A DNA stretch of 64,000 bases from Thermotogota bacterium (GCA_021161835.1 JAGGZV010000051.1:4688-68687); one strand, 5' to 3'; counted from the stretch's first letter, positions 1 to 11,786 are shown. Notes: generated from the sequence alone by a model not told the origin. Numbers and translations are program-made.

Positions 1-591
1 TTGTTTGTGGATGGTGTTTCTGTACCTGTAACCGTTATAAAGGCCGGACCATGTGTGGTGGTACAGAAGAAAACAGCGGAAACAGATGGGTACAATGCCA
101 TACAACTGGGCTTCGAGGAGGTACCCGAGAGAAAGGTAAACAAGCCGATGTTGGGACACTTCACCAGAGCCAAGGTGAAACCTCATAGAATCCTGAAAGA
201 GTTCAGAGTTGACAATCCTGATGAGTATGAAGTAGGCCAGGTTATAGATGTGAGTATATTCTCGGAAGGAGAATATGTGGACGTAACAGGCTGGAGTAAA
301 GGCCGGGGATTTGCAGGTGCTATGAAACGCTGGGGATTTTCGGGTGGTCCTCGCAGCCATGGTTCCAAGTTCCATCGAGGATTGGGTTCCACCGGTCAGC
401 ACACGGAACCAGCCAGAACGTTCAAAGGTAAAAAAATGCCTGGTAGATATGGAAATGAAAGGGTTACCATACTCAATCTTCAGGTTGTGAAAATAGACAA
501 GGAGAACAATCTCATAGCTGTCAAAGGTGGTGTTCCAGGAGCGAGGGGCGGTTTGGTGTTAATAAGGAGTGCCAAGAGGCCCCGAAAATGA
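1..591 (+). CDS. rplC: 50S ribosomal protein L3 (5'-truncated by window edge)
   Basis: The ORF is open to the window start. It has C-terminal L3 sequence (WSKGRGFAGAMKRWGFSGGPRSHGS) and precedes L4-L23-L2 in canonical S10-operon order. Confidence 0.95.
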   Translation: MFVDGVSVPVTVIKAGPCVVVQKKTAETDGYNAIQLGFEEVPERKVNKPMLGHFTRAKVKPHRILKEFRVDNPDEYEVGQVIDVSIFSEGEYVDVTGWSKGRGFAGAMKRWGFSGGPRSHGSKFHRGLGSTGQHTEPARTFKGKKMPGRYGNERVTILNLQVVKIDKENNLIAVKGGVPGARGGLVLIRSAKRPRK

Positions 592-612
592 AACCGTTGA
601 GGAGGAGAGGTT

Positions 613-1296
613 ATGGCACAGATCGAATTGTTGAACATGAAAGGTGAGAAGGTTGGGACTCTTGAGTTGAGTGATTCGGTTTTCAACATTGACCCGAATA
701 TGGATGTTATGTACCGTTACGTCGATATGCAACTCACCAATCGCAGGCAGGGTACTGCCAGTACCAAAACACGTGCCACCATTCGTGGAGGCGGGCGGAA
801 ACCGTGGCCTCAAAAGCACACTGGTAGAGCGCGCCATGGTTCTATACGTTCTCCTCTCTGGCGTCATGGAGCGGTTGCACACGGTCCAAAGCCTCGAGAG
901 TGGTACAAAAAGTTACCGAAAAAGATGAAGAGGTTGGCTATAAAGAGTGCTTTAAGTGTACGGTTTCGAGAAAATAACTTGCTTGTACTGGACGATGTAA
1001 GATTCGATGAACCCCGGACGAAGAGGATGAAAGAGCTGTTATCCAATCTCAACTTGAGTGATAAAAAGATTCTGTTTTTCCTGCCTTGGAAAAGAGAAGA
1101 GTACATGAACGTGAGACTGGCGGGACGGAATCTCAAGAATGTAAAGGTCATAATAGCCGATAATCCGAACAATTCTAAAACCGGAGAGGAAGTCACGAGA
1201 ATAGATGGCGTCAACGTTTACGATATACTGAATCATGATGTTCTCGTGCTTACCAGGGATATGGTTCGTAAGATAGAGGAGGTGCTCGGAAAATGA
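613..1296 (+). CDS. rplD: 50S ribosomal protein L4
   Basis: 227 aa with the L4 signature [42 protein letters not shown] lies upstream, and the operon position fits. Confidence 0.95.
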   Translation: MAQIELLNMKGEKVGTLELSDSVFNIDPNMDVMYRYVDMQLTNRRQGTASTKTRATIRGGGRKPWPQKHTGRARHGSIRSPLWRHGAVAHGPKPREWYKKLPKKMKRLAIKSALSVRFRENNLLVLDDVRFDEPRTKRMKELLSNLNLSDKKILFFLPWKREEYMNVRLAGRNLKNVKVIIADNPNNSKTGEEVTRIDGVNVYDILNHDVLVLTRDMVRKIEEVLGK

Positions 1297-1598
1297 AGGA
1301 ACGAAAACTCACCTATCACGATATACTCATCAGACCGATAATAACGGAAAAAACCAGCCAACTGATGGCGCAGGAGAAACCCAAGTACACTTTCGAAGTT
1401 TCGAAACTCGCCACCAAGGGTATGGTAAAGGAAGCCGTGGAGCACCTTTTCAACGTTAAGGTAGAAAAAGTGAACATAATGAACGTTAAACCCAAACCTA
1501 AAAGAAGGTTTTCCCTGCAGTACGGCAGGACCAGAACCTGGAAGAAAGCGATCGTTACGCTGAAGAAAGGCTACAGGATAACGGAGCTCGAAGCGTGA
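1293..1598 (+). CDS. rplW: 50S ribosomal protein L23
   Basis: 101 aa, L23-like ([11 protein letters not shown]...FEV), with a 4-nt overlap with rplD. It sits between L4 and L2. Confidence 0.93.
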   Translation: MKERKLTYHDILIRPIITEKTSQLMAQEKPKYTFEVSKLATKGMVKEAVEHLFNVKVEKVNIMNVKPKPKRRFSLQYGRTRTWKKAIVTLKKGYRITELEA

Positions 1599-1612
1599 GG
1601 AGAGGTGAAAAC

Positions 1613-2437
1613 ATGGGCTTGAAAAGGTTCAAACCCACAACCCCATCACGAAGGTTCATGATAATACCCGATTTTTCGGAGATAACGAAAACTGAACCGG
1701 AAAAGTCGCTATTGAAACCTCTTAAGAAAACTGGTGGTAGAAATCATCATGGCAGGATCACCGTGAGATTCCGTGGAGGAGGCCATAAACGAAGGTACAG
1801 AATCATAGATTTCAAAAGGGACAAGATAGGTATCCCTGCGAGGGTTGCGGCTATAGAGTATGATCCCAACAGAAGTGCAAGAATAGCTCTCCTCGTTTAT
1901 GCTGATGGTGAGAAACGCTATATACTTGCACCCGACGGGGTTAAAGTTGGTGATGTACTGATGAGTGGACCTGATGCAGAGATAAGACCCGGTAATGCTT
2001 TGCCACTTGAGAACATACCGGTTGGTACCCTGGTGCATAACATAGAGTTCGTACCCGGTAAAGGTGGGGCCATAGCCAGGGCAGCAGGAACCTACGCCCA
2101 GATAATGGCAAAAGAGGGTAATTATGCGCTTCTGCGAATGCCTTCCGGAGAGTTGAGGAAAATACATGTGAAGTGTATGGCCACTGTTGGAGTTGTTGGA
2201 AACGAGGATCATGCCAATGAGTCGGACGGAAAAGCGGGAAGAAGAAGATGGAAGGGGTTCCGTCCACACGTGAGGGGTATGTGTATGAATCCTGTCGATC
2301 ACCCCATGGGTGGAGGAGAAGGCAGGAGCAAAGGTCATATTCCGCAGAGTCCCTGGGGTATACCGGCTAAAGGGTACAGGACTCGCAGGGGTCGGAAGCC
2401 TTCTGATAAGTTCATAGTCAGGCGACGCAACCAGTGA
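1613..2437 (+). CDS. rplB: 50S ribosomal protein L2
   Basis: L2 hallmarks [19 protein letters not shown] and [14 protein letters not shown] are present. ATG 1613 is preferred over the ORF-track GTG 1595 because SD GGAGAGGTG lies at 1599-1607. Confidence 0.95.
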   Translation: MGLKRFKPTTPSRRFMIIPDFSEITKTEPEKSLLKPLKKTGGRNHHGRITVRFRGGGHKRRYRIIDFKRDKIGIPARVAAIEYDPNRSARIALLVYADGEKRYILAPDGVKVGDVLMSGPDAEIRPGNALPLENIPVGTLVHNIEFVPGKGGAIARAAGTYAQIMAKEGNYALLRMPSGELRKIHVKCMATVGVVGNEDHANESDGKAGRRRWKGFRPHVRGMCMNPVDHPMGGGEGRSKGHIPQSPWGIPAKGYRTRRGRKPSDKFIVRRRNQ

Positions 2438-2453
2438 TGGAGGAGGTGAAGTT

Positions 2454-2738
2454 GTGGGTCGTTCAAGGAAGAAAGGACCTTTTGTACATCCAAAACTGCT
2501 CAGGAAAATAAGGGAGATGAATGAAAAAGGAGAGAAGAGGATAATAAAAACCTGGAGTCGGGCTTCCACAATTGTTCCTGAAATGGTGGGACATACCATT
2601 GCGGTTTACAACGGTTTGAAGCATATTCCTGTTTACATAACCGAAAACATGGTTGAACACAGGTTGGGGGAATTCGCTCCCACCAGGCGTTTCGGGGGAC
2701 ATGCCGATAAGAAAGCCAAGAAAGGTAAGGTAGCGTGA
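2454..2738 (+). CDS. rpsS: 30S ribosomal protein S19
   Basis: 94 aa with [45 protein letters not shown] lies upstream of the GTG start. Confidence 0.95.
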   Translation: MGRSRKKGPFVHPKLLRKIREMNEKGEKRIIKTWSRASTIVPEMVGHTIAVYNGLKHIPVYITENMVEHRLGEFAPTRRFGGHADKKAKKGKVA

Positions 2739-2752
2739 GGAGGGAGGAAGAA

Positions 2753-3184
2753 ATGGAGGAAAAAACGGCGAAGAGACCCAAACGTTCCATACTTCACAGA
2801 CAGAGGAAGGAGAAGACGGAGCCTGTGATCGAAGCGAGAGCGGTGGCGCGGTACGTGAGGATCTCTCCACGTAAAGCCAGAAGCGTGATAAATGCTATCA
2901 GAGGTAAGAACGTGGACGAAGCTTTTGCCATACTTCAATTCTCGCCCAAAAAGGCTGCAAGGATAATATATAAGGTCTTGAAATCCGCAGTGGCGAATGC
3001 TGAGAATAATTACGGTTTGAATCCCGATGCGCTGTACATTAGCCAATGTTATGTGGATGATGGTCCGCGTATGAAACGCATCTGGCCACGTGGAAGGGGA
3101 AGGGCAGACATACTGCTTAAGAGAATGAGTCATATAACGGTTGTGGTTCGTGATAGAAGTAAAGAACAAGAATTGGCCAAGTGA
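2753..3184 (+). CDS. rplV: 50S ribosomal protein L22
   Basis: L22 core [21 protein letters not shown], with a basic N-terminal extension. ATG 2753 follows SD GAGGAGGGAGG; the ORF track starts at GTG 2735. Confidence 0.9.
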   Translation: MEEKTAKRPKRSILHRQRKEKTEPVIEARAVARYVRISPRKARSVINAIRGKNVDEAFAILQFSPKKAARIIYKVLKSAVANAENNYGLNPDALYISQCYVDDGPRMKRIWPRGRGRADILLKRMSHITVVVRDRSKEQELAK

Positions 3185-3192
3185 GGTGGTAG

Positions 3193-3855
3193 TTGGTGGG
3201 TCAGAAAGTACATCCTTACGGTTTCAGGCTTGGAGTGACAAAGGATTGGCAGGCACACTGGTTCAACGAAAAGAACTACAAGGAGTACCTGGAGGAGGAC
3301 ATAAGGATACGAGATTTCATAAAGAAAAATTATTATGCTGCAGGTATATCACGTATCACCATAGAAAGACGTAGTGCCAATCATGTTGTGGTCAACGTTT
3401 ATACAGCACGTCCCGGTATGTTAATAGGAAAGAAGGGGCTGGAAGCACAGAACATCAGAAGCACGCTTGAAACTATGTTGAAGAAGCGTGTTTTCTTGAA
3501 TATCGAAGAAGTGGAAACGCCCGAGATCGATGCACAACTGGTGGCGGAATCCATAGCAGGAAAGATAGAGAAAAGAGCTTCTTACAAGATCGCTATGAAG
3601 AGGGCCATATCCAACGCTTTAAAACGTGGTGCCAAGGGAATAAAGATAATGGTTGCAGGCAGGTTGAATGGAGCGGAAATAGCGCGTAAAGAGTGGTATC
3701 GTGAGGGAAGGGTTCCTCTCCAGTCGATAAAAGCGGATATCGATTATGGAACCGCTCTAGCTCAAACAAAGTACGGTACCATCGGCGTCAAAGTGTGGAT
3801 ATACAAAGGAGATGCACCATTGCTCAGAGAAACGCTGGCGTTGAAGGCTGAGTGA
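3193..3855 (+). CDS. rpsC: 30S ribosomal protein S3
   Basis: 220 aa with N-terminus [14 protein letters not shown] and KH-domain-like GKKG. Operon position fits. Confidence 0.95.
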   Translation: MVGQKVHPYGFRLGVTKDWQAHWFNEKNYKEYLEEDIRIRDFIKKNYYAAGISRITIERRSANHVVVNVYTARPGMLIGKKGLEAQNIRSTLETMLKKRVFLNIEEVETPEIDAQLVAESIAGKIEKRASYKIAMKRAISNALKRGAKGIKIMVAGRLNGAEIARKEWYREGRVPLQSIKADIDYGTALAQTKYGTIGVKVWIYKGDAPLLRETLALKAE

Positions 3856-3870
3856 AGGGAGGTAGACACG

Positions 3871-4296
3871 ATGTTGATGCCCAAGAGGGTCAAATATAGA
3901 AAGCAACAACGCGGGAGACTTAAAGGGCAGGCTAAAGGTGGTACCACGGTACATTTCGGTGATTGGGGACTTAAGGCTCTGGAGGCCCACTGGATAACGG
4001 CCAGACAGATTGAAGCCTGCAGGGTGGCTATAACCAGGACATTGAAGCACAGTGGAAAACTGTGGATAAGAATATTCCCCGATAAACCTTATACGAAACA
4101 TCCAACAGAATCCAAGATGGGTAAGGGGAAAGGTAATGTTGAGGGATGGGTGGCCGTCGTTAAACCCGGGAGGATTCTCTTCGAAATAGGCGGCGTAAGT
4201 GACGAGCTTGCCAAGAAGGCGCTGGCATATGCCGCCAGTAAGCTGCCCATAAAGACCAGGATAGTTCCGAGGTACCACCTTGGGGGTGAGCTGTGA
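3871..4296 (+). CDS. rplP: 50S ribosomal protein L16
   Basis: 141 aa starting [16 protein letters not shown]. Confidence 0.95.
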   Translation: MLMPKRVKYRKQQRGRLKGQAKGGTTVHFGDWGLKALEAHWITARQIEACRVAITRTLKHSGKLWIRIFPDKPYTKHPTESKMGKGKGNVEGWVAVVKPGRILFEIGGVSDELAKKALAYAASKLPIKTRIVPRYHLGGEL

Positions 4297-4496
4297 TGAA
4301 AGCATCCGAATTGAGAGACAAAACCGATGAAGAACTCAGGCAGATGGAAGAGGAACTCAAGAGAAAACTCATGGATCTGAGATTTCAGCTCGCGATGGGG
4401 AAGCTCAAGAACACCGCTCAGATAAAGATGGTCAAGCGCGACATAGCTCGCATAAAAACGATACTCAGAGAAAGAGAACTGGGTATAAGGAGGTAA
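4293..4496 (+). CDS. rpmC: 50S ribosomal protein L29
   Basis: 67 aa, helical, with [27 protein letters not shown]. It overlaps rplP by 4 nt. Confidence 0.92.
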   Translation: MMKASELRDKTDEELRQMEEELKRKLMDLRFQLAMGKLKNTAQIKMVKRDIARIKTILRERELGIRR

Positions 4497-4502
4497 TGCC
4501 CC

Positions 4503-4817
4503 ATGCCTAAGAAACGTTTGACAGGAGTCGTGGTTAGCGACAAAATGGATAAAACGGTGGTAGTGATGGTGGAAAGAATAGTCAAACATCCTAGATACGG
4601 AAAATATATCAAGAGGCGTAAAAAATATCATGCTCACGATGAGAAGAACGAGTGTAAAACGGGGGACGTGGTGGAAATAATAGAGAGCAGGCCCCTGAGT
4701 AAGACCAAAAGATGGAGAGTGGTCAGGATAATACGAAAAGGTGCATTGGCCACTGAAAAAGAGGAATCCATAGAAAAAGAAGTGGAAGAGGAACTCAAGG
4801 GAGGTGCCCCGGCATGA
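4503..4817 (+). CDS. rpsQ: 30S ribosomal protein S17
   Basis: [42 protein letters not shown], with an acidic C-terminal tail. Confidence 0.93.
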   Translation: MPKKRLTGVVVSDKMDKTVVVMVERIVKHPRYGKYIKRRKKYHAHDEKNECKTGDVVEIIESRPLSKTKRWRVVRIIRKGALATEKEESIEKEVEEELKGGAPA

Positions 4818-5182
4818 TACAGCAGGAGAGTTACTTGAAAGTTGCTGATAATTCGGGCGCCAAAGTTCTGAGAGTCATCAGAGTGCTGGGTGGTTATCAC
4901 AAGAAGTACGGCACTGTTGGTGATGTGGTTGTATGCTCAGTTAGAGAGGCCATACCCCATACGGATGTTAAAAAAGGCGAGGTTGTAAGAGCTGTTATTG
5001 TGCGTACCAGGAAGGAAATACGGAGAAGCGATGGTACCTATATAAGATTCGATGACAATGCTGCTGTGGTGCTGGAACGTGGCAACGAACCCAAAGGTAC
5101 ACGCGTTTTCGGACCTGTCGCAAAAGAGCTCCGGGAGAAAGGATTCATGAAGATCGTTTCTCTCGCTCCAGAAGTACTGTGA
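4814..5182 (+). CDS. rplN: 50S ribosomal protein L14
   Basis: 122 aa starting [17 protein letters not shown]. Confidence 0.96.
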   Translation: MIQQESYLKVADNSGAKVLRVIRVLGGYHKKYGTVGDVVVCSVREAIPHTDVKKGEVVRAVIVRTRKEIRRSDGTYIRFDDNAAVVLERGNEPKGTRVFGPVAKELREKGFMKIVSLAPEVL

Positions 5183-5193
5183 GGTGATGAAAA

Positions 5194-5508
5194 GTGAAGG
5201 TAAAGAAAGGAGATCTGGTTCAGGTTATATCCGGTAAGGACAAAGGAAAACGCGGGAAAATTTTGAGAGTGATTCCAAGGGAGAACAAAGTGATAGTGGA
5301 AAACGTGAATATGGTAAAGCGTCATCAAAGACCAACTCCCAGACTCCGGGAAGGCGGAATTGTGGAGCGTGAAGCACCGATATACGCGTGCAAAGTCATG
5401 GTTGTATGTCCCAGTTGCGACAAACCAACCAGAGTAGGATACAAGTTCGTGGATGACAGAAAGGTCAGGTACTGTAAAAAATGTGGCGAGATCATAGACC
5501 AGGTTTGA
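5194..5508 (+). CDS. rplX: 50S ribosomal protein L24 (with four-Cys C-terminal segment)
   Basis: KOW motif [21 protein letters not shown], and a C-terminal CPSC...x19...CKKC. Confidence 0.93.
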   Translation: MKVKKGDLVQVISGKDKGKRGKILRVIPRENKVIVENVNMVKRHQRPTPRLREGGIVEREAPIYACKVMVVCPSCDKPTRVGYKFVDDRKVRYCKKCGEIIDQV

Positions 5509-5522
5509 GGGAGGAATGAACC

Positions 5523-6080
5523 ATGGGATACGAATACGTTCCCTTCAAGGATAAATATGTAAACGAGATTGTTCCGGCAATGATGAAAGAATTCAACTAC
5601 AAGAACGTTCATCAGGTACCCAAGATCGAGAAGATATGCATAAATATGGGTATCGGAGAAGGAGCCAGAAATATAGATCTTATCGAGCAACACGCAAAGG
5701 AACTTGCACTGGTCACAGGGCAGAAACCCGTGATAACCAGAGCACGCAAGAGCATATCCAACTTCAAGATAAGAAAGGGTATGCCCATAGGATTGAAGGT
5801 CACATTGCGCGGAGCCAGAATGTACAATTTCCTGTACAAGCTCATACATCTCGTCCTTCCAAAAGTTCGTGACTTCAGGGGATTGGATCCGAATTCCTTT
5901 GACGGACGCGGCAATTACGCTTTCGGCTTGACAGAACAGCTGGTTTTTCCAGAACTTAAACCAGATGAAGTGAAGAGAATTCAGGGTATGGACATAATAA
6001 TCAACACCACCGCAAAAACGGATGTGGAAGCGAAGAGATTGCTGGAATTGTTCGGTTTCCCGTTTAAGAGGACTCAATGA
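5523..6080 (+). CDS. rplE: 50S ribosomal protein L5
   Basis: 185 aa with L5-like [19 protein letters not shown] and [20 protein letters not shown]. Confidence 0.95.
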   Translation: MGYEYVPFKDKYVNEIVPAMMKEFNYKNVHQVPKIEKICINMGIGEGARNIDLIEQHAKELALVTGQKPVITRARKSISNFKIRKGMPIGLKVTLRGARMYNFLYKLIHLVLPKVRDFRGLDPNSFDGRGNYAFGLTEQLVFPELKPDEVKRIQGMDIIINTTAKTDVEAKRLLELFGFPFKRTQ

Positions 6081-6093
6081 GGAGGTTTGAAAT

Positions 6094-6279
6094 ATGGCGA
6101 AAAAGGCAATGATAGAAAGGTGGAAAAAACCCAAGAAATTCAAAGTAAGAGAGTACACGCGGTGTTACATATGTGGTAGACCCAGGTCCGTTTACAGAGA
6201 GTTTGGTATATGCCGGGTGTGTTTCAGAAAACTGGCGAGTGAGGGTAAACTCCCCGGTGTTAAAAAGGCGAGTTGGTGA
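6094..6279 (+). CDS. rpsZ: 30S ribosomal protein S14, short zinc-binding type (type Z)
   Basis: 61 aa with [22 protein letters not shown] (CxxC...CxxC). It sits between L5 and S8. Confidence 0.93.
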   Translation: MAKKAMIERWKKPKKFKVREYTRCYICGRPRSVYREFGICRVCFRKLASEGKLPGVKKASW

Positions 6280-6294
6280 AGGAGGGTGAAGACC

Positions 6295-6699
6295 ATGCTG
6301 AGTGATCCCGTAGCGGACATGCTAACACGTATAAGAAACGCCAACATGGTGTATAAAAAGGTTGTTGAGATCCCCGCATCCAACTTGAAGAGAGCAATAT
6401 GTGAGATACTCAAACGTGAAGGATTCATAGAAGATTACAAATTCATAGAGGATGGAAAACAGGGGATACTCAGGGTGTTCATGAAGTACAAAGGTGACCG
6501 GAGACACAGGATAAGGGTCATAAACGGGATCGTCAGAGTTTCCAAACCCGGGCGAAGGATATACGTTGGAAAGAGCGAGATACCCAGGGTGAAAGGTGGC
6601 CTTGGTATAGCCATACTCAGCACCTCCAGAGGTGTGATGACGGACAAAGAAGCCAGGAAAATAGGTGTTGGCGGAGAAGTAATATGCTACGTATGGTGA
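6295..6699 (+). CDS. rpsH: 30S ribosomal protein S8
   Basis: [16 protein letters not shown]... ATG 6295 follows SD GGAGGGTG; the ORF track starts at GTG 6286. Confidence 0.94.
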   Translation: MLSDPVADMLTRIRNANMVYKKVVEIPASNLKRAICEILKREGFIEDYKFIEDGKQGILRVFMKYKGDRRHRIRVINGIVRVSKPGRRIYVGKSEIPRVKGGLGIAILSTSRGVMTDKEARKIGVGGEVICYVW

Positions 6700-6712
6700 G
6701 GAGGTGCGGGAA

Positions 6713-7282
6713 GTGTCGAGATTAGCGAAGAAACCCATAGAGATACCGAAAGGTGTGGAAATAAAGGTGGAGGGAAATACGGTGACCGTCAAAGGTCCCA
6801 AAGGGACACTTACTAGAGAATTGCATCCCTTCGTGCGCATCGAAATAGAGGATGGAAAAGTGTGGGTGAAACCCAACATGGAAGTCAGAAAAAGAAAAAG
6901 CGATGAGAGACGAATGAAGGCTTTCCAGGGGACCTTTTGGTCTCATATACGCAACATGATAATCGGTGTCACGAAGGGTTACGAGAAGAAATTAGCGGTG
7001 GTGGGCATAGGATACCGTGCTTCCAACCAGGGTAGAAAGCTCATACTCAACCTTGGATACGCCCACCCCATAGAGTTCGAACCGCCTGAAGGGATAAATA
7101 TTACAACTGAAAGGGATCCAAGGACGAATTGGACTGTTATCACCGTTTCGGGCATAGACAAAGAACTTGTAGGCCAAACAGCTGCGAACATAAGGAGTTT
7201 CAGGGAACCAGATCCTTATAAAGGCAAAGGTGTCCGGTATCTGGACGAAATCGTCAGAACGAAAGTTGGTAAGAAGGTATGA
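6713..7282 (+). CDS. rplF: 50S ribosomal protein L6
   Basis: [33 protein letters not shown] 6713 lies downstream of SD GAGGAGGTG; the alternative start is GTG 6704. Confidence 0.93.
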   Translation: MSRLAKKPIEIPKGVEIKVEGNTVTVKGPKGTLTRELHPFVRIEIEDGKVWVKPNMEVRKRKSDERRMKAFQGTFWSHIRNMIIGVTKGYEKKLAVVGIGYRASNQGRKLILNLGYAHPIEFEPPEGINITTERDPRTNWTVITVSGIDKELVGQTAANIRSFREPDPYKGKGVRYLDEIVRTKVGKKV

Positions 7283-7299
7283 AGCAGGGGGTGTCTCAG

Positions 7300-7668
7300 G
7301 TGATAAAGAAGAAGGATCGGAAAAAATTGAGGCGTCGGAGGCATCTCAGAGTCAGGAAAAAGGTGTTTGGAACACCTGAAAGGCCAAGGCTTTGTGTCTT
7401 CAGGAGCAACAAACATATATATGCCCAGATAATTGATGATACCGTTGGGAAAACTCTGGTTGCTGCCTCCACGCTGGATAAAGATCTTCGTGACAAGCTG
7501 GAGAAAACCTGGAACAAGGAAGCGGCCAGAGAAGTGGGGAGATTGATAGGTAAGCGGGCGCTCGAGAAAGGAATAACCACCGTTGTTTTCGATAGAGGTG
7601 GTTACAAATACCATGGGCGTGTTAAAGAACTCGCCGATGGTGCTCGAGAAGCCGGGCTCAAGTTCTGA
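7300..7668 (+). CDS. rplR: 50S ribosomal protein L18
   Basis: [21 protein letters not shown]...[26 protein letters not shown]. The start is ambiguous (ATG 7279, GTG 7291 or GTG 7300); SD AGGGGG lies at 7285-7290. Confidence 0.92.
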   Translation: MIKKKDRKKLRRRRHLRVRKKVFGTPERPRLCVFRSNKHIYAQIIDDTVGKTLVAASTLDKDLRDKLEKTWNKEAAREVGRLIGKRALEKGITTVVFDRGGYKYHGRVKELADGAREAGLKF

Positions 7669-8210
7669 TGAAGGAGGGAGGTAAAGCTGTGGACATCAGA
7701 ACCATGATAGAGGCGGAAGAGTTCGAAGAACGGGTGCTTGAAATACGTCGAGTCACCAAAGTTGTCAAGGGTGGAAAGAATCTTTCTTTCCGTGCTCTTG
7801 CTGTTGTGGGTAACAGAAATGGGAAGGTCGGGATAGGTATAGGGAACGCCAGAGAAGTTCCGGCAGCCATAAGGAAGGCTATAAATACGGCCAAAAGGAA
7901 TATAATAAATGTTCCGATAAGCAACGGTACCATCCCGCACGACGTGGTAGGAAGACAGGATGCGTCCAAAGTTATTTTAAAACCTGCTGCACCGGGTACA
8001 GGTATAATAGCCTGCGCACCCGTACGTGCTGTTGTGGAACTGGCAGGTATAAAGAACATTCTCACCAAGAGTCTTGGTTCCAACAATGCTGTGAATCTGG
8101 CACAGGCCACGATAAACGGACTCAAAGAGTTGAAATCGGTGAAAGAGTATGCGGAACTGCGGGATATAAGTGTGGCCCAGCTTCTTCATGGTTCCGGGGA
8201 GGGTCGATGA
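7668..8210 (+). CDS. rpsE: 30S ribosomal protein S5
   Basis: [31 protein letters not shown]. The ATG overlaps the rplR stop (TGATG); in-frame GTG 7689, after SD GGAGGGAGG, is an alternative start. Confidence 0.94.
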   Translation: MKEGGKAVDIRTMIEAEEFEERVLEIRRVTKVVKGGKNLSFRALAVVGNRNGKVGIGIGNAREVPAAIRKAINTAKRNIINVPISNGTIPHDVVGRQDASKVILKPAAPGTGIIACAPVRAVVELAGIKNILTKSLGSNNAVNLAQATINGLKELKSVKEYAELRDISVAQLLHGSGEGR

Positions 8211-8398
8211 TGGGAAAATTGAGGATAACACTGATGAAGAGTCCTATAGGATACAACCGTAAGAAGCAGAGAGCCACCCTGAAAGCGCTCGGTTTGAGGA
8301 AGCTCAATTCGAGCGTCGTAAAAGAGGATATACCCCAAATTCGGGGCATGGTAAATGTGGTTTCACATCTCGTCAAAGTCGAAAAAGTGGAAGAGTGA
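8207..8398 (+). CDS. rpmD: 50S ribosomal protein L30
   Basis: 63 aa with [29 protein letters not shown]. Confidence 0.93.
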   Translation: MMGKLRITLMKSPIGYNRKKQRATLKALGLRKLNSSVVKEDIPQIRGMVNVVSHLVKVEKVEE

Positions 8399-8411
8399 GG
8401 GGGTATGAAAC

Positions 8412-8858
8412 ATGACTCTGAGGTTGAGCGATCTGAAGCCTACTCCTGGTTCCAGGAAGCGCAGAAAGCGAGTGGGGCGGGGCATAGGATCCGGTCATGG
8501 TAAAACGTCCACGAGAGGGCACAAGGGTCAGAAAACCCATGGTGGCAATGTAAGACCGGGGTTTGAAGGTGGACAAACACCTCTCAACAGGAGGTTGCCC
8601 AAAAAGGGTTTCAAAAACATCAACGCCGTTCGTTACGCTGTGGTGAATATAAAAACCCTGGAAGAGAGGTTCGAGGCGTCGGAGGAGATTACCCCTGAGA
8701 AGCTCATGAGAATGGGTATAATAAAGAAGTTGTATGACGGCTTGAAAGTCCTTGGTGATGGCGAACTCACCAAACCATTGAAAGTGAAAGCGCATGCCTT
8801 CAGCAAGAGTGCCAAGGAAAAGATCGAAGCCGCGGGTGGTACCGCTGAGGTGATATGA
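8412..8858 (+). CDS. rplO: 50S ribosomal protein L15
   Basis: [37 protein letters not shown]. Confidence 0.95.
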   Translation: MTLRLSDLKPTPGSRKRRKRVGRGIGSGHGKTSTRGHKGQKTHGGNVRPGFEGGQTPLNRRLPKKGFKNINAVRYAVVNIKTLEERFEASEEITPEKLMRMGIIKKLYDGLKVLGDGELTKPLKVKAHAFSKSAKEKIEAAGGTAEVI

Positions 8859-8859
8859 A

Positions 8860-10146
8860 ATGTGGAAAGCTTTGAGAAATGCCTTCAAAATACCGGAGTT
8901 ACGTGACAGGATCATATTCACCATACTGGCCCTCATAGTGTTTAGATTGGGTATATACATACCCATCCCTGGAATAAACCTGGGAGAATGGGCCAATCTC
9001 TTTAGACGTTTCAGTGAGGGAGCTGCGGGTGGATTGGTAAGTTTCTTTGACATATTCGCAGGTGGAGCTCTCAGGAGATATTCGATATTCGCCATGAGTG
9101 TGACTCCATACATAAACGCATCCATAATCCTTCAGCTCCTGACATCGGTCATGCCCAAACTCAAGGAAATGTTGAGGGAAGGCGAAGAGGGAAGGAAGAA
9201 GTTCGCCGCTTACACCAGAAGGTTGACGGTGGTATTGGGAGGCGCACAGGCTTGTTTACTGTCCATAGGTATATCCCGTAATCCCAATCTCATTGTGGTT
9301 AATCCGTGGATGTTCGTGGTGGTCTCCACTGCCTCCATGCTGGCAGGTACCATGTTCCTGCTCTGGTTGGGAGAGAGAATAACCGAAAAAGGCATAGGAA
9401 ATGGTATTTCCATCATAATATTCGCTGGAATAGTGGCCCGATATCCGCAGTATTTTGGACAGGCGGTGGTGGGTAATCTGAATCTGCTGGGTTGGTTGTT
9501 CCTTATAGGTATATTCGTTGTAATGGTTCTTGCCATAGTTTATGTGCAGCAGGGTGAACGCAGGATCACCATTCAGTATGCACGCAGAATATCTGGAAGG
9601 CGTGTCTACGGTGGTGCATCCACTTATGTACCCATAAGGGTTAATCAGGGTGGTGTTATACCTATAATCTTTGCGATGGCGATAATGATGATACCCAGTA
9701 TGCTTGCCACTTTAACCGGTTCTCCTACAATACAACGGCTATTTGGCGGCGGTTCACCGCTGTATGTGAGTATGTACGCTGTACTGGTTTTCTTTTTCAC
9801 CTACTTCTACAGTTCTGTGGTTTTTGATCCTTTCGATGTTGCGGATAACATAAAATCCTATGGAGGTTTCATACCGGGGATAAGGCCTGGCCGTCCCACA
9901 GCCGAATATTTTATGAAAGTTCTGAACAGGGTAACATTTATGGGTGCAATCTTTCTGGTAGCCATAGCCCTGCTTCCAAATGTCGTTCAGGCGGTAATAA
10001 AACTTACCAACATATACATAGGAGGTACTTCAGCTCTGATAGCTGTGGGAGTGGCACTGGATGTTCTACAGCAGATGGAAGCGCATTTGATCATGAGACA
10101 TTATGAGGGATTCATCAAAAAAGGAAGACTGAGGGGGAGAAGATGA
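8860..10146 (+). CDS. secY: Preprotein translocase subunit SecY
   Basis: 428 aa and about 10 TM helices, with GIYIPIPGIN, SIFAMSVTPYINASIILQLL and GGTSALIAVGVALD. Canonical position after rplO. Confidence 0.95.
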   Translation: MWKALRNAFKIPELRDRIIFTILALIVFRLGIYIPIPGINLGEWANLFRRFSEGAAGGLVSFFDIFAGGALRRYSIFAMSVTPYINASIILQLLTSVMPKLKEMLREGEEGRKKFAAYTRRLTVVLGGAQACLLSIGISRNPNLIVVNPWMFVVVSTASMLAGTMFLLWLGERITEKGIGNGISIIIFAGIVARYPQYFGQAVVGNLNLLGWLFLIGIFVVMVLAIVYVQQGERRITIQYARRISGRRVYGGASTYVPIRVNQGGVIPIIFAMAIMMIPSMLATLTGSPTIQRLFGGGSPLYVSMYAVLVFFFTYFYSSVVFDPFDVADNIKSYGGFIPGIRPGRPTAEYFMKVLNRVTFMGAIFLVAIALLPNVVQAVIKLTNIYIGGTSALIAVGVALDVLQQMEAHLIMRHYEGFIKKGRLRGRR

Positions 10147-10793
10147 TGAACCTGGTGTTTCTTGGACCGCCGGGAGCTGGTAAGGGTACGCAGGCAAAGA
10201 TAGTGAGCGAAAAATTGGGCATTCCACACATTTCCACTGGAGACATGTTGAGAGAAGCCATCGCGTCCGGTACGGAATTGGGAAAGAAGGTGGAAGAAAT
10301 AGTAAAATCCGGCCAGCTGGTATCCGATGATCTCATGGCTCAGATCGTCGAGGAAAGACTGGCGAAGGACGATTGCACGAAGGGGTTCATACTGGACGGT
10401 TACCCCAGAACCATACCACAGGTTCATGCACTGGAAGAAATACTCAAAAAATTGAGCAAATCACTTGATGCGGTGATTTTCATAGATGTTGAAGAGGAGG
10501 AACTGGTGAGGAGGATAACCAGCAGGCGCGTTTGCCCTAAGTGTCACGCGGTTTACAGTTTGATATCCAGTCCACCGAAGGAAGATGAGATCTGTGACAA
10601 ATGTGGTACCAAACTGGTGCAGAGAGACGATGATAAAGAAGAAACTGTCAGGGACAGGTACAAAATATACCTCGAGAAAACGCAGCCAATAGTATCTTAT
10701 TATGAGAAAAACAAACTTTTGAAGCGCATAGATGGCAAACTTCCCGTTGAAGAGGTTACCAAAATGATCCTGGAGGCACTGGGGCGAATATGA
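10143..10793 (+). CDS. adk: Adenylate kinase (zinc-lid type)
   Basis: P-loop GPPGAGKGTQ, with lid CPKC...CDKC. Confidence 0.95.
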   Translation: MMNLVFLGPPGAGKGTQAKIVSEKLGIPHISTGDMLREAIASGTELGKKVEEIVKSGQLVSDDLMAQIVEERLAKDDCTKGFILDGYPRTIPQVHALEEILKKLSKSLDAVIFIDVEEEELVRRITSRRVCPKCHAVYSLISSPPKEDEICDKCGTKLVQRDDDKEETVRDRYKIYLEKTQPIVSYYEKNKLLKRIDGKLPVEEVTKMILEALGRI

Positions 10794-11539
10794 TAAAGTT
10801 GAAGACGCTGGATGAGGTCTCCAAGATAGCCTATGCCTGTAAAGTGGTAGCAGAGGCCCTGGAATACGCTAAAGAATTGATGAAGCCGGGAGTGACGGCC
10901 TACGATATTGATAGATTGCTCGAAGAATTCATTCTCGATAGAAGGGTGAAGCCGGCTTTTAAAGGTTATGCGGGTTATCCAGCTGCCACCTGTATATCAC
11001 CCAATGAGGTTGTGGTCCATGGCATACCATCCAAAAAAGTGGTGTTGAAGGATGGAGATATAGTTTCCATCGATTTAGGGGCTATACACGAGGGTTTCTA
11101 CGGGGATGGTGCGTGTACGTACATGTTGGGAGCTGTGGATGAGACGAAAAGAAAGCTGGTCGAGGTTACCCGTGAAGCACTGGATATAGGGGTGAAGACG
11201 GTAAGAGCGGGTGTGCACCTGGGTGATGTTTCGTATGCGATACAGAGTCATGTTGAAGGAAATGGTTTCAACGTCATCAGGGATTACGTCGGCCACGGAA
11301 TCGGAAGGAGTTTGCACGAAGATCCTCAAATACCCAATTATGGTGTGCCTGGCACAGGGCCGATTCTCAGAGCTGGTATGACTCTGGCCATAGAACCAAT
11401 GGTGAGTGCTGGGGACTGGCGTGTCGAGATATTGAACGATGGCTGGACAGCGGTGACGTTGGATCGATCTCCAGCAGCGCATTTTGAACATACCATTCTT
11501 GTAACGGATGAGGGTGTTGAGATACTGACGAAAGTATGA
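10790..11539 (+). CDS. map: Methionine aminopeptidase, type I
   Basis: 249 aa with [33 protein letters not shown] and EHTILVT metal-ligand blocks. Confidence 0.94.
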   Translation: MIKLKTLDEVSKIAYACKVVAEALEYAKELMKPGVTAYDIDRLLEEFILDRRVKPAFKGYAGYPAATCISPNEVVVHGIPSKKVVLKDGDIVSIDLGAIHEGFYGDGACTYMLGAVDETKRKLVEVTREALDIGVKTVRAGVHLGDVSYAIQSHVEGNGFNVIRDYVGHGIGRSLHEDPQIPNYGVPGTGPILRAGMTLAIEPMVSAGDWRVEILNDGWTAVTLDRSPAAHFEHTILVTDEGVEILTKV

Positions 11540-11555
11540 AAAGAGGGAGGGAAAG

Positions 11556-11786
11556 ATGGCGGGTAAGGAAGACATAATAAAAATGGAAGGGACTGTTGTA
11601 GAAGCTTTGCCAAACGCAATGTTTCGTGTCGAGCTTGAAAATGGGCACAAGATATTGGCCCATATATCGGGTAAAATGCGCAAGAATTTCATAAGGTTGC
11701 TTCCAGGTGATAAGGTTGTGGTGGAATTGACCATATACGATTTGAACCGGGGCCGCATTATATACCGTAAAAAGCGCGAAAAATAA
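11556..11786 (+). CDS. infA: Translation initiation factor IF-1
   Basis: 76 aa with [40 protein letters not shown]. Confidence 0.95.
   Translation: MAGKEDIIKMEGTVVEALPNAMFRVELENGHKILAHISGKMRKNFIRLLPGDKVVVELTIYDLNRGRIIYRKKREK

Noticed and set aside
1709-2599. Long antisense ORFs opposite well-supported genes. Examples: 1709-2599(-), 5325-6158(-), 8373-9125(-), 11075-11758(-), 36179-36997(-), 37010-37786(-), 60491-61249(-), and 30666-31583(+) opposite the minus-strand pair.
   Set aside because: Each lies fully inside a gene with unmistakable conserved protein motifs on the other strand. Their translations are low-complexity (S/P/F/L-rich) with no motifs or SD sites. Stop-free antisense frames are expected from the purine-rich codon usage of the sense strand.
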